Shown here piece by piece: positions 1 through 18,660 of a DNA stretch of 64,000 nt. Source of the stretch: Eledone cirrhosa (lineage: Eukaryota). Numbering within the stretch: the stretch's first letter is position 1; every line of letters begins with the position of its first letter. The notes beneath the pieces were generated by a model that saw only the letters and a list, made by a program, of their open reading frames with translations, searched no databases and was not told the origin of the DNA. Position numbers and translations under genes: made by a program. The stretch is taken from NCBI GenBank assembly GCA_964016885.1, contig OZ024740.1, forward strand, positions 37,324,001 through 37,388,000. Reading direction: 5' to 3'.

Positions 1-1746
<1,746 letters not shown>

Positions 1747-1992
1747 TAGAAAGTGAGGTTTTTTTTACAAAATGAAAAATAACCGAGGTGTCCTACACGA
1801 GTGGAAGTATAAAGAAAAAGGGATGAAATCGAAAATGCAACTGAAGCCTTATTTTTTTTAAAAATATATATATTTATTTGGTTCCTTTACCGGTTTCGCA
1901 GTTCTTCTGCTTTTCAAAAGGTGAGTTGATATGGAGGGTCTGTGGTTTTTCTCACATCTGGTTGGTCTCTAAATGTTACTTGTTTTATATGG

Positions 1993-2254
1993 AAAAAGTG
2001 GCTCGAAAACCAGGTTTTTCGAGAAGTAATTTGATTGGTTTGTCAATAATTATAATAAATTTCGCGCCAGTTCGCGTTACAATAGTTCTTCAAATAAGAG
2101 AGGGGGGGGGGGGTTGTCACAGGTTGTTTTTTCATATATGAGTGTTTGAATTTCTTTTTACTTGAAAAAATGAGGCTCGGGAAGGCTTTTTTTTGGTTGG
2201 TTATAAATGAAATTTGTCTGTCACATAAACAAGTTTTTATTACATTTTTGCGCC
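1993..2254 (+). promoter_or_regulatory. Putative duplicated promoter module (AAAA(G)TGGCTC - inverted CCAAT box - E2F-like site) in the PLE 3' region
   Basis: GATTGG at 2033, TTTCGCGCC at 2060; second unit has GGTTGG at 2195 and TTTTGCGCC at 2246. Same motif order as 3942-4157. Function is inferred. Confidence 0.45.
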
Positions 2255-2342
2255 CTTATTTGGAAAACTATTCTGTAGTCTTTATAGTGAATGTTATGAC
2301 AATGGAGAGATAGTGGTCAAGAGAAAAGGGATTGGGAGAAAT

Positions 2343-2395
2343 GTTCTGGTTCAGTGAATATGGCCAGCTGTCAGAGTTCAGATTTTCTATTGAGA
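2343..2395 (+). ncRNA. Candidate pseudoknotted structured RNA motif (family 1b copy)
   Basis: Helices CAGT/GCTG, GAAT/GTTC and ATGG/CTAT covary with the homologue at 4228-4280. Confidence 0.5.
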
Positions 2396-2422
2396 CTGAA
2401 GATATGTGTTTATTTGTGTGCT

Positions 2423-2459
<37 letters not shown>

Positions 2460-2925
2460 ATTGGAAGATGATTCTATTAGTAGAGATGGGGGAGGGAGTT
2501 GTGTGTGTGTGTATATGGGTGTTATGTGTGTGTGTGCGAGTATGTTAGATAGAGAGAATATATATTTTGTGTGTGTGTATATATATATGTGTGTAGGAAA
2601 GTGGTTCTATTAGTAGAAATGGGGAGGGTGTTGTAGGTGTGGGGGTTGTTATGTGTGTGTATGGGTGTTATGTGTGTGGGAGTATGGTTAGCATGTTAAG
2701 ATGAAGAGAATATATATATATATATTGTGTGTGTGTGTAGGAAAATGATTCCTTTAGTAGGAATATTTTTGAATGAACATATTTTCCTGACTTTTTCGTG
2801 TTTGCTGTTGTATTGCCAGTGCAAACGTATGTTTAAGGTTTATTTAGTTCGGGTTTTTATTTTCTAAAGTAGAAGGTGTTATGTGTGTGTGTGTATGTCA
2901 TATTGTGGTGTTGACATAATGTATA

Positions 2926-3403
2926 TTAAACCTTATTTAATGTTGGTCTATATTTTTGAATAAACATATTTTCCTTATTTATTCGCATTTGTTCTGTTGT
3001 ATTGTTAGCGCAAAGGTAAAATGGGAAGACTTGGAATTTGGGTGTCTTATTACTTGCGCAAATGTCTAGATGTGCACTTAGTGGTATCTGTCTCGTGGTT
3101 GGATCTCGTAATTGTTGGCGATGAACTGTCATTCTGTTTCTGAGTGTGAGTTTAGTTTGTCCTATATAATCTTCATTGCATCCTTTACATTTAATGGCAT
3201 AAATTAGATTTTTTGATGAGCAAGTGAAGTGATTTTTTACAGTAAAATTTTGTCCTGATTTAAATGTATACGTGTTGCCTTCAATGAGGTGAGTGCAGGT
3301 TCCACAATTAGAGCGACCACATTTTTTGATACTTGGTTGTGGGTTTGTGGTAGGTAATTTGGCATTGGTGAGTAATGTTTTCAGTGATTTTGGTTGTCTT
3401 TTG
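2926..3403 (-). pseudogene. GIY-YIG endonuclease domain of a PLE (RT part missing)
   Basis: [11 protein letters not shown] linker Cys motif, NLIY..CKGC..YIGQT, HRQQ..HLD, terminal KE..FIQKYRPTLN; clearly homologous to the C-terminus of the 4815-6876 ORF. Confidence 0.9.
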
Positions 3404-3429
3404 CTGAAAACATTACTCACCAATGCCAA

Positions 3430-3666
<237 letters not shown>

Positions 3667-3941
3667 GTTAAAAGAATAGAGGTGTAACACACAAGTTATT
3701 ATATATTGGTAAACGGAATAGAAAATGCTGACAAATTGTTCACAGTTGAAAAATGGTTTAATTAGGAATAAAAGAGTATTAGTGATTGTATGGGTTAGTA
3801 TTCAGTTGTGGTTTTAAGTTTTTTAGTTTTTACCGGTTGCGCATTTCTAAATGCTTTTCAAAAATAATTTTGAGATAGAGTGGCCGTGCTGTTTGCTCTG
3901 ATCTGATTAGTTTTGGGAATTCTACCTGTTTTTATGTTAAA

Positions 3942-4157
3942 AAAATGGCTCCAGCGTTATTTTTGTGTTGCAAAAATGCTTGTGGTCAAAACAATTTTGA
4001 TTGGTCGGTAGAGGTCATGTGAATGTAAAAAGTTGATTTTGCGCCAAGACTGTTTTTATGTTAAAATGTTAGAAAAGTGACTCCAGCAAAAATTATTGGT
4101 CAAAACAATTTTGATTGGTCGGTAGAGGTCATGTGGATAAAAAATTGGTTTTGCGCC
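3942..4157 (+). promoter_or_regulatory. Putative duplicated YY1-like/CCAAT/E2F-like promoter module (mirrored at ~7110-7330)
   Basis: AAAATGGCTCC 3942, GATTGG 3999, TTTTGCGCC 4037; repeated at ~4073, 4113 and 4149. Confidence 0.45.
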
Positions 4158-4227
4158 AATATTGAGAAATGACTCTTTCACAACAAATATATGTGTGTGT
4201 GTGTGTGTGTAGTAGTAGTAGTAAGGT

Positions 4228-4280
4228 GTTCGATGCTGCGACAATAGCCAGCAGCGATGTGTGTCAAATGGCTATTAAGA
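4228..4280 (+). ncRNA. Candidate pseudoknotted structured RNA motif (family 1a copy; inverted copy at 6941-6993 on the - strand)
   Basis: GCTGC(4235)/GCAGC(4251), GACA(4240)/TGTC(4262) and ATAGCCA(4244)/TGGCTAT(4269), all Watson-Crick. Confidence 0.55.
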
Positions 4281-4379
4281 TAAGTGTGTGTGTGTGTGTG
4301 TGTGTGTGTGCGTACATACACACAGCAGAGTCATTCGAAGGTCAAAAGATATTTTTCAGCTTTTGTCTTATACGGAGAA

Positions 4380-4424
<45 letters not shown>

Positions 4425-4814
4425 AGTCTCTTTGTATGTTGATGTACGCATGTGTTTGTGTATATGTGTGTGTGTGGGTGGACCAGTATTTTTTCCCCCC
4501 TGGTAAAATGGTGTACATTATTCGATTTTTTCAGTAAAATCGGTTCTCTTAATAGAACATCAACAATCTTAACAATAAAAGGTGTGAAATGATATTCACT
4601 ATATATATATACACACACACACACACACATATATTTTCACTACATATATATATATATATATATACATATATACATACATATATATGCACATATATTTTTT
4701 TGTATTGCACCATAGAGCATGTGTGTTTACGTGTGTTTACGTGTGTCATTGTGTTTATAGAGATGTGTGCTGATGTAGGTATGTATGTTGACGTGTGTAT
4801 GTTGTGGGTTCGTC

Positions 4815-6876
4815 TTAGGGAGAAGTGTTTAGACGGGGTCCGTATTTGTTAATGAAGTAAGATTCCTTGCTGATGCGCTGGGTGTGGGTGGCATTATCTT
4901 TAAATTTGTAGAGGGGAAAGATTCTGAAGTTGGGATGATTTTGGGCGGCACAGGTATCAATGTGTTCACTCAGTGGTATTTTCCTGTATTCCCGTATTTT
5001 AATTTAATTTGTGATCTATGGACAGTCATGCATTGGCGGAGGCTGTTTTTGGTCTGGCCTATGTATTGTTCTCGACAACCTGAACAAGTTAATACATATA
5101 TTAAATTTTCCGATGCACATGTGAAATTGTGTTTTACTATAAAACGTTGTCCATCTTTGAAATAGAATTCCGAACCCTCTATTAGGTTGATGCAAATGCC
5201 ACAGTTGGGTCTATCGCATTTTTTTACTGTGGGTTTCGTTGTTGTGGTTGGCAGTACTTTGGCATGTGTTAAGATGTTTTTCATTGACTTGGATTGTCTT
5301 TTGCTCTTTATGATATCGTGTGTTCGTAGAATTTGGTTCATTCTATGGTCCTTTTTCAATACAGGGATGTTCTGGAGGATGGTGTCAAAGGCCTCATTGT
5401 TGAGGAGGTTGTGTGTGGAGATGTATGGAAGAGCTTTTAGTTTTGGTTGATTTACTTTAGGGTGTCTAAGGTCCTGGGTACTGAGTTTTAGGGCACGTTG
5501 GATTCCATTGTCAATTAGTGATGCAGGGTAGTCCCTGCCTATGAGTGTGTCCTTTAGTTCTTGTAGCCGTAAGTAGCAGATGTTTTTATTGGAGACTATA
5601 GTACAGATTCTCTTGGCTAAGTTGTAGGGAATATTAATTTTAACGTGTCTAGGGTGGCAAGAGTTGAAGGGGAGGTATTGCTTGGAGTCTGTGGGCTTGT
5701 AGTATATGTCTGTTTCTATTTTTTTGTTATGGATCTTAATGAGGATGTTGAGGAAGGGGAGTTGTTGATGGCTGTATTCCATCGTGAAGTTAATATTTGT
5801 GTTGAGCCCATTTATAAGGGTGTGAAATTCTTTAAGTTTTTCGATGTTTTCGTGCCAAAGGATGAAGCAGTCATCTAGATATCGCTTCCAGTTCCTTTCA
5901 ATGTGTAAGTGGAGGGTGTTTCCAAATTTGTTTAGGACTTTAGTGTAGAGGGTGATTTCCAGGTATCCCATGACTAGGTTGGCATAAGTAGGGGCTGTTT
6001 TCGTTCCCATAGTGGTCCCAGATTTCTGCCTGTAGGGTTTGTTATTGAAAACGAAGTAATTGTTCTCCAAGATAAATTTGAGTCCCTCTATCACAAATTC
6101 TTTTTTGATGCGTTGTGGGAGTTCATTGTGGAAATTATCCAGCCAGAATTGGATAGCTTCTATTCCTAGGTTGTGGGGGATGTTGGAGTATAGGTTGACT
6201 ACATCGAACGTCACTAGTAGGGTTTGTTCAGAAAGTGGCATATTAGGGAGGTGATTGAGCATATCTAGGTCGTCCCTTATATAGCTTTTGATGTGCTTGA
6301 GGAAGGGTTTGAGAAGGGTATCAATGAAGTTGCTAAGACGGTGCGTTTCGCAAGCGGGGCCTGCTATTATAGGTCTTAATTTGAGATCATTGGGTGAGGG
6401 GACATTGATGACTATGTCTGTGGCTTCCTTGCATGCCTTACTGATTGATTCGCTTTTATGTACTTTAGGGATACCGTAGAAAAGGCTGGATTTACTTGTG
6501 AAGTCTGTGATGAAGCTGAATTCCTTGTTAGTGAGTCCTTCTTTGTATTGGTTGATTAGAGTTTTTAGGTTTCTCATAATTTTCTGTTGATTGTAGTGTT
6601 CAGCCTTTTCGTAGTATGTTTCGTTTTCCAAAGTGGAGAGCGCTAAGTTGATATAGAATTCTGTCTCCATTAGGACTACTGTACTCCCTTTATCAGCCTC
6701 TTTAATTGTAATGGTTCTGTCGGTTTTTAATCTATTTAATTCTTCCCATTCTTTCTTGTTGAGGTTTGGCTTGTGTTTTTGTCTGTGCAAGTGTTGGTAA
6801 GGGAAGTTTGTGATGTGTTCACAGAATTCGTCCAGGATTTTATTTCTACCTTTTGAAGGGGTGTAATTGCTTCTAT
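4815..6876 (-). pseudogene. PLE reverse transcriptase + C-terminal GIY-YIG endonuclease; N-terminally truncated, one frameshift near 4975
   Basis: ADKG, FYGIPKVHK, LRPIIAG, FDVVNLYSNIP (motif A), QKSGTTMGTKTAP (B), RYLDDCF (C), KPTDS..SCHP, CDRPNCGIC, NLIY..YIGQT. The shifted frame ends ..SKESYFINKYGPRLNTSP* at 4815. Confidence 0.93.
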
Positions 6877-7008
6877 ATCTTTTGACCTTCGAATGACTCT
6901 GCTGTGTGTATGCACGCACACACACACAAACACACACTTATCTTAATAGCCATTTGACACACATCGCTGCTGGCTATTGTCGCAGCATCGAACACCTTAC
7001 TACTACTA

Positions 7009-7082
<74 letters not shown>

Positions 7083-7567
7083 TTGTTGTGAAAGAGTCAT
7101 TTCTCAATATTGGCGCAAAACCAATTTTTTATCCATATGACCTCTACCGACCAATCAAAATTGTTTTGACCAATAATTTTTGCTGGAGCCACTTTTCTAA
7201 CATTTTAACATAAAAACAGTCTTGGCGCAAAATCAACTTTTTACATTCACATGACCTCTACCGACCAATCAAAATTGTTTTGACCACAAGCATTTTTGCA
7301 ACACAAAAATAACGCTGGAGCCATTTTTTTAACATAAAAACAGGTAGAATTCCCAAAACTAATCAGATCAGAGCAAACAGCACGGCCACTCTATCTCAAA
7401 ATTATTTTTGAAAAGCATTTAGAAATGCGCAACCGGTAAAAACTAAAAAACTTAAAACCACAACTGAATACTAACCCATACAATCACTAATACTCTTTTA
7501 TTCCTAATTAAACCATTTTTCAACTGTGAACAATTTGTCACCATTTTCTATTCCGTTTACCAATATA

Positions 7568-12710
<5,143 letters not shown>

Positions 12711-12916
12711 TTGTTATACTTGGGGAGGGTCATATTTGTGTAATATTGCCAGAATTAATAACAGAACACACTCACTGTTTGGTTGGTTTTCGCTTTTCGC
12801 TTCTGTGTCTTTTATATCGGTAATCTAATTTATTCGGTGTTCAATGTTGCCATTTACTGACCAACGGTCAAAAATAATACAGATACAATATAGACACAAA
12901 CACATATATATAGTTT

Positions 12917-12958
12917 ATCAAAGTTCTTTCGTTGCCCATATGCAACATCGTCAGTGGT
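12917..12958 (-). ncRNA. Minimal type I hammerhead ribozyme in the PLE 3' region
   Basis: Minus strand reads ACCA CTGACGA T GTTGC ATATGG GCAAC GAAAG AA CTT TGAT: conserved core, stem II, 2-bp stem III; stem I has one mismatch. Confidence 0.75.
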
Positions 12959-13225
12959 GCTATTCATTCCTCCCGTTACATTGTATGTCTACGCCATCTT
13001 TATTTAGTCTGTTTATATATTTATTTATTTATTTGTTTGTTTATTTTATTTTGTCTTCTTTGCGCATCCGTTTGCGTGTGTGTATAGTGTTTTGTTTGAA
13101 TTGTGTTCGTGATTGGGTGACTGTGTATTGGTTAATGTATTCTATCTTTACTAGTGTGTGTTTATATGTGTTTGTTGTTATTGTGCTTGTGTATGTATTT
13201 ATTCATTTATTTATTTATACTTCTC

Positions 13226-16200
13226 TTAGGTCAGTGTTGTTTGTTTGGGTTTGTTATTCCATTCATTCTTTCTGTTTAGTCTTGGCCTTCTAAGTTCTAT
13301 TTCACTGGCCTCTCTGATTTGCCTATCTGCTGGGTCATTTCTTTGTTTAGATATTATTCTAATTTCTATGTTGTCTATGTTACCGTCGTGTTGTTGTCTG
13401 GCATGTTCGTATAGTACTGACCCGTTTTTTCGTCCTTTTAGTTCCCTCCAGTGTTGGTCTATCCTTTCACCTATGCTACGAGCTGTCTCGCCTATGTATG
13501 TTGTTGTCATGTTTCTGCAAGTACCCTCTGTACATCTTATGCTATAGACTACGTTTCTAGTTTTACAGTTTATCCGGGGGTTTACCTTACATATGATACA
13601 TTTCCTATTAGTGCAGTGGGTTTTCTTAAAAGGGTAGGTTTTGCTGATCAGGGATTTTATGGTGGTTCCTGGCTTTTCTACCACCTTAATCTTTAAGTGG
13701 GTCTTTCTCAGAGCCTTTCTACACTGGTTAGCTAATTTCCCTCCAGGGGTAGCGTCCACAAACATGACACTCTGGTATCTCTGGTTGTCGTACCATGAGC
13801 TTTCCCTATCTTATGTCTAGCCCTATTTAAGCTATTCCATGATTTGCTCCTGTATAATGGGCAAATTCCTTTCATGTCCAGTTCTAGGAGGGTCTTATAC
13901 TTCTCCATGGCTCCTTCGTATACTCTGACTCTGTCTCTTTGGTTGTAACCAGAGAACTGCATGCGGTTGATGAAGTATTGGATGTGTCTTTCCATTTCTG
14001 TTGGATCGCACATGCGGGACACGTTCCTCATCACTCGTACCAAGTCTGCGATCAGAATATTAAACTTAGCACTACTGGACATTGCTGAGTTTTTGAGTAT
14101 CAGGTATTTGGAGGCCATGGGTTTAGCATAGTGTGAGTGGAGAATTTGGGCTCTCTCGTCTATAGTGTTAATCCAGAGTTCCGTGTCTAATACAGGTAGT
14201 CTATTGTTAGGGTGTTTGGAAGGGTAGTCGATAGTTACAGTTATACTCTGGTGTATGGAATTAGCTATCTGCTGGATTCTTTCCATTGTGCTACGTTCTA
14301 AAACAAACTTGTTAGTGCTGTCTAGTGAGGATGTTCTTATAACTATATTGATATCGTCTACGTAACTCCTTTCCCACCATACCATAAAAAGGTTGGCAAC
14401 ATCACCAGCTATGCTGACGCCGATGGCTCCTCCCTCATTTTGGGTGTAGATCTTCTCGTTGAACTTGAATATGTGGCCCTTTAGGGTAGTTTTGATACTA
14501 GCCCCTATTGCATGTGCGACCATTTTTCTTACCTGATCATTGTTTTGGGGGGTCCGTATAGCTTTGGTCCACCCAATCCACCTTCCCATGGGAGTCTTTT
14601 TTGCCATTGAGGTTATGGTGGGGGGGGGTCTACCTCTTATGGGTCTACTAGGGCAGAAATGTCTAAGGTCATGGCTGTCTAGGTAGTCAGTGTCGTAGGT
14701 AAGTCTAAGTAGGAGGCCCAGTTCGTCTGTGTCGACGTCGCAGAACTCCACCTCACTCCCAATGATCATCTCCACACATTTTTCCACAGCAAAATCAATG
14801 TTAATGGATGGGTACAGTGACACCACATCCATGCTGCCTATTATGCAGTTGGATAGGTTCCTGTTTTTGTTGCACTCACTGATTCTGCTGAGGAGGTCTT
14901 CTGTACTGTCACATACATCTGGGGACATCTTGATTATGGGGCGTATAACCATTGAGAGGAAGTAGGAGATCCTGTAGTTGCTAGCTATATTAGCTCCGCA
15001 TTCGGGTCTTGTTGGTGGTTCTGTTGTCGGGTCGTCGACTGTCTTGTGGTCTTTGCGGAGCCCATACAAGGGTGGTATGCCATTGTTAGACGCCTGGAAG
15101 TTGTTGGCAGTGCGTCTGCTTGGCTTTAGGATGTCAGTCAGTCCACATCATCATGTGAGCGTTGAGGATTTTCTCTCTCCCATCATGTGTTTGCTGTGCA
15201 ATTTCGCTCGTGTTGGTGATGTGGGGTTGCATAGCCTTGATGTAGTTCGGCATGCTATCTATTGACATCCTACCAGACTTATCCGTGGGTAGACATACTA
15301 CCTCACCATCCCTTGTGCTCTGCTTGAGGCTAACCAAGCTTTCTACAGGTTTCCTCCCAAGTTGTTGGGCCTCTGGTCTGCTCTGTCTCTTAGTATACCG
15401 GTCTACTATTTGTCTAATCTTATTTCTAGCTATGGTGAACTGTGCCTCTGTCTCGTCATCTATTTGTTGTGGTATGCAAACTCTTTTATTAAAGGGTAAC
15501 CTCGTAGGATAGATATTATCAGCTGGGTTGAAAAATAGTTTCTCTAAGGGGTTGTCATTATATCTATCGTCATAGTTGTGTGTGTTGCTATTATTGTTAT
15601 TATGGTGGTGTTGTTGTTCCTATCATTAGCATTATTATTATTGTTATGATTGCTAGATGTATTGTTGCTGTGATTGTTAGATGTATTGTTGTTATGATTG
15701 CTAGGTGTATTGTTGCTGTGATTGTTAGATGTATTGTTGTTATGATTGCTAGATGTATTGTTGCTGTGATTGTTAGATGTATTATTGTTATGATTGCTAG
15801 ATGTATTGTTGCTGTGATTGTTGTTTACTTCACCGTTATTGTTGTTGTTACTGTTATTTCTACCATTGTGGTTGTTACTTTTATTATGTTTCTTGTTTTT
15901 GTTGTGTCTATCATTAATGTTGCTACATGTATTATTTCCATTATTACCACTGTGGTTGTTGTTGTTGTTGTTCGTATTGTTACCGTTATTATTATTGTGG
16001 TCGCTGCTGCTGTGCCTGTGGTTAATGTTTCTATTATTATTATTATTGTGGTTGTTGTTGTTGTTCTGTCTATCGTTAGTATTATTACCATTATTACTAT
16101 TTCTCACTCTCCTGCTATTGTTATTATGGCTGTTATTTCTATACTCAGAGTTATTGTTTATATTACTACTACCGTTATTATTGTTGTTGTTGTTTACTTT

Positions 16201-16647
16201 TGCATTCCAACGTATTTTTGTGAAACACTTTTCCAGCTCCGTTTTGCACTCAATAGGGTTAATCTTTTTGTAGATGGCACATTTTGGTGGTAGCTGCAGG
16301 ATTCGTTGTTCTTGTTCACTGATTAAAGTGTTCCCATAAATATTTACTGTGTGGTCATTGGTAAATTCTTCCGGTAGTTTTACATCAGTCATACGGATAT
16401 TGTTGATGTTATTTGGGTATTTTTGAGAATATTCTATTTTCCTTTCTTGTAGTTTTTTCTTATTCATCCATTCTAATTTCTTAGTGAAATGCCTATTGCA
16501 TTCGTTTCGGGCGTATTTCGTTTCACGTCGGATGACGCTCATGAAGTCATCCCTTTCGTTTGGTGTGGTGAGATTTTGGACTTCCTTACCGTTAATGCGT
16601 TTCTGTCTGTAAAGTTCGTTGACTTTTGTGTATGTTGTTCTTTTCAT
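13226..16647 (-). pseudogene. Frameshifted PLE polyprotein: N-terminal domain with Asn-rich tract, RT with long fingers insertion, GIY-YIG endonuclease
   Basis: LPPK..KIRW, PTDKSG, YGLRKDHK..TRP, SMDVVSLYPSI, QNEGGAIG, YVDD, LPVLD, CTNRKCIIC, NVVY..YIGET, H..H..H, RE..LN. Confidence 0.9.
15580..16195 (-). repeat. (AAY)n-type low-complexity tract with a 45-bp tandem unit (SNHNNNTSNNHSNNT x~4) inside the PLE ORF
   Basis: Direct reading of ORF 15544-16647. Confidence 0.9.
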
Positions 16648-16667
16648 ATTAACTGTTCTTGTGTGTT

Positions 16668-18400
16668 ATTGAAATGTCCCCAGATGTATGTGACAGCACG
16701 GAGGACCTCCTCAGCAGAATCAGCGAGAGTAACCGATCTAGGGACCTAACAAACTGCATAATAGGTAGTATGGATGTTGTGTCCCTGTATCCATCTATTG
16801 ACGTGGATTTTGCTGTGGAGAAATGCGTAGAAATGATCAGTGAGAGCAATGTTGAGTTCCGTGGGATTGATACCAGTGAGCTGGGACTCCTACTTAAACT
16901 TACCTATAGTAATAATTATCTAGACACATACGACCTTAGCAAACTGTGCCCTACAAGACCAGCAAGAGGCAGACCACCTACCATTACCTCAATGGCCAAG
17001 AAAACCCACACAGATAGATGGAACGGGTGGACCAGAGCCATACGGACCCCCGAAAACCACGATAAACTAAAGAAAATAATTGCACATGCGGTGGGGGCCA
17101 GCATAAAATTAACCCTTAAGGAACATATGTTCAAATTTAATGGAAAAACATATGCCCAAGAGGAGGGAGCAGCCATTGGTGTTAGCATTGCAGGCGACAT
17201 AGCTAACTTATTCATGGTATGTTGGGACAGTAGACTTAAACTTAAACAACAATTAGAAGACCCCTTAACCCTGATAATGTACTCCCGCTACGTTGATGAT
17301 ATAAACATCGTAGTTAAAACACCCCACTAGAGAACAGTCAGGAAGTAGAGAAAAACACAATGGAAAGCATCCAGCAAATAGCTAACTCCATCCACCAGAA
17401 CATTAGAGTTACTATAGACTACCCAAGCAAACACCCCAACCATCGATTACCTGTACTAGACACAGAGCTCTGGTTAGATACCATTAATAACAAAAAACAA
17501 ATCCTCCATTCACATTATGCCAAACCCATGACTTCCAAATATCTGATCCACCGAAACTCAGCTGTTTCGGACCATACCAAAATCAACATACTGATTGCGG
17601 ATTTGGTACGGGTTATGAGAAACGTGTCCCGCATGTGCAACCCCGAAGAACTAGAGAGGCACATACAACACTTCATCCACCGTATGCAGTTCTCTGGCTA
17701 CAATCAGAGAGATAAAATCAGAGTGTATAGAGGAGCCAGAACCAAATGGGAAAAAATGGGAAATAATGACACAAATGGGACCTGCTCCTTGTATAGGAGC
17801 AAATTTTGGAATAGAATAGAAAGAACTAGGAATAAGGCTAATAGAATAAACTCATGGTATGATAGCAATAAATACCAGAATGTAATGTTCATCGATACAA
17901 CCCCTAGAGGTGAATTAGCTTACAAATTTAGAAGGGCCCTAGATAAACATAAACTCAATATTAAGATAGTAGAAAGACCAGGTACCTCCATAAAAACACT
18001 TATTAGCAAGACATACCCTTTTCAAAGACCCCCCTGTATAGATAAGAAATGTATAACCTGTAAGTTAAGCTCCCGTATTAACTGTAAAACTAGAAATGTA
18101 GTATATAGCATAAGATGTACTGAAGGACAATGTAGAGACAAAAATATAGTGTACATAGGTGAGACAGCTCGTAGTGTAGGGGAACGGATAAATGAACACT
18201 GGTGAGACCTTCAAGATAATAAAGAATCATCTGTACTCTACCAACATGCTAAAATAGAACATAAGGGTAAATTAGAGAACATAGAAATAAAAATAGAATC
18301 TACACAGAAAAGACGCAATGTTTAGACAAATAACAGGGGCAATAAACATAAAAGAATTAAAACCAAAATTAAATAGAAAACATAAGTGGAACAGCAACAT
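16668..18400 (+). pseudogene. PLE RT + GIY-YIG, truncated, with stops/frameshifts
   Basis: Collinear with the 13226-14935 protein, with many conservative substitutions. Confidence 0.9.
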
Positions 18401-18617
18401 CACAACTTACAATTAAGGACAAAATGAAAACACACACGCACATAGAACAAACAACCAACCTGTAACATGTAAATAAACAAATAAATAAACGAATATAAAC
18501 ACACACAGACACCCGGATGTGGCGCATGCGCAGACTGAGCACACAACACACACACAGAAACAAAATGGCGTAGGACAGAACAAAGGAGAGGCACAAAAAC
18601 AAAGAAAAGAATCCCCA

Positions 18618-18660
18618 GTCACTGAAGAGGTCACAGAATGTGTGACGAAAGAACTTTGAC
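18618..18660 (+). ncRNA. Minimal type I hammerhead ribozyme
   Basis: GTCA CTGAAGA G GTCACA GAATG TGTGAC GAAAG AA CTT TGAC: stem I GTCA/TGAC, 6-bp stem II, 2-bp stem III. Confidence 0.8.

Larger units (their letters stand above)
1747..3430 (-). mobile_element. 5'-truncated Penelope-like element (family 1b): GIY-YIG domain plus long 3' region, between (TA)n tracts
   Basis: Endonuclease ORF at 2926-3403. The 3' region shares motifs with the element at 3667-4350 (e.g. TTTACCGGTT..GC...TGCTTTTCAAAA). A 27-bp fold-back sits at the truncation point. Confidence 0.88.
3667..7567 (-). mobile_element. Penelope-like element (family 1a, Neptune/Hydra-type RT), 5'-truncated, with a ~650-bp inverted copy of its 3' end and a ~35-bp tail
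   Basis: RT+GIY-YIG ORF. 3700-4352 is the near-perfect reverse complement of 6876-7567. 3667-3699 occurs only on the left arm. Both ends abut (TA)n. Confidence 0.93.

Noticed and set aside
6941-6995. HDV-like ribozyme reading of the pseudoknot on the ORF-sense strand (P1 ATAGCCA/TGGCTAT, CGAA)
   Set aside because: No adequate P2 or P3 helix, and the putative catalytic C context is not kept in the family 1b homologue.
3700-7567. DNA transposon with long TIRs
   Set aside because: The enclosed ORF is RT + GIY-YIG and the arms are asymmetric with a tail, which fits a PLE inversion.
15580-16293. Hydrophobic Val/Ile/Leu-rich ORFs on + (also 36852-37556)
   Set aside because: They are antisense translations of low-complexity trinucleotide tracts.
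18203-18205. In-frame TGA in the PLE endonuclease as possible selenocysteine (as in some Naiad PLEs)
   Set aside because: It aligns to Arg in the sister copy (likely CGA>TGA decay), not Cys, and the copy has other disruptions.
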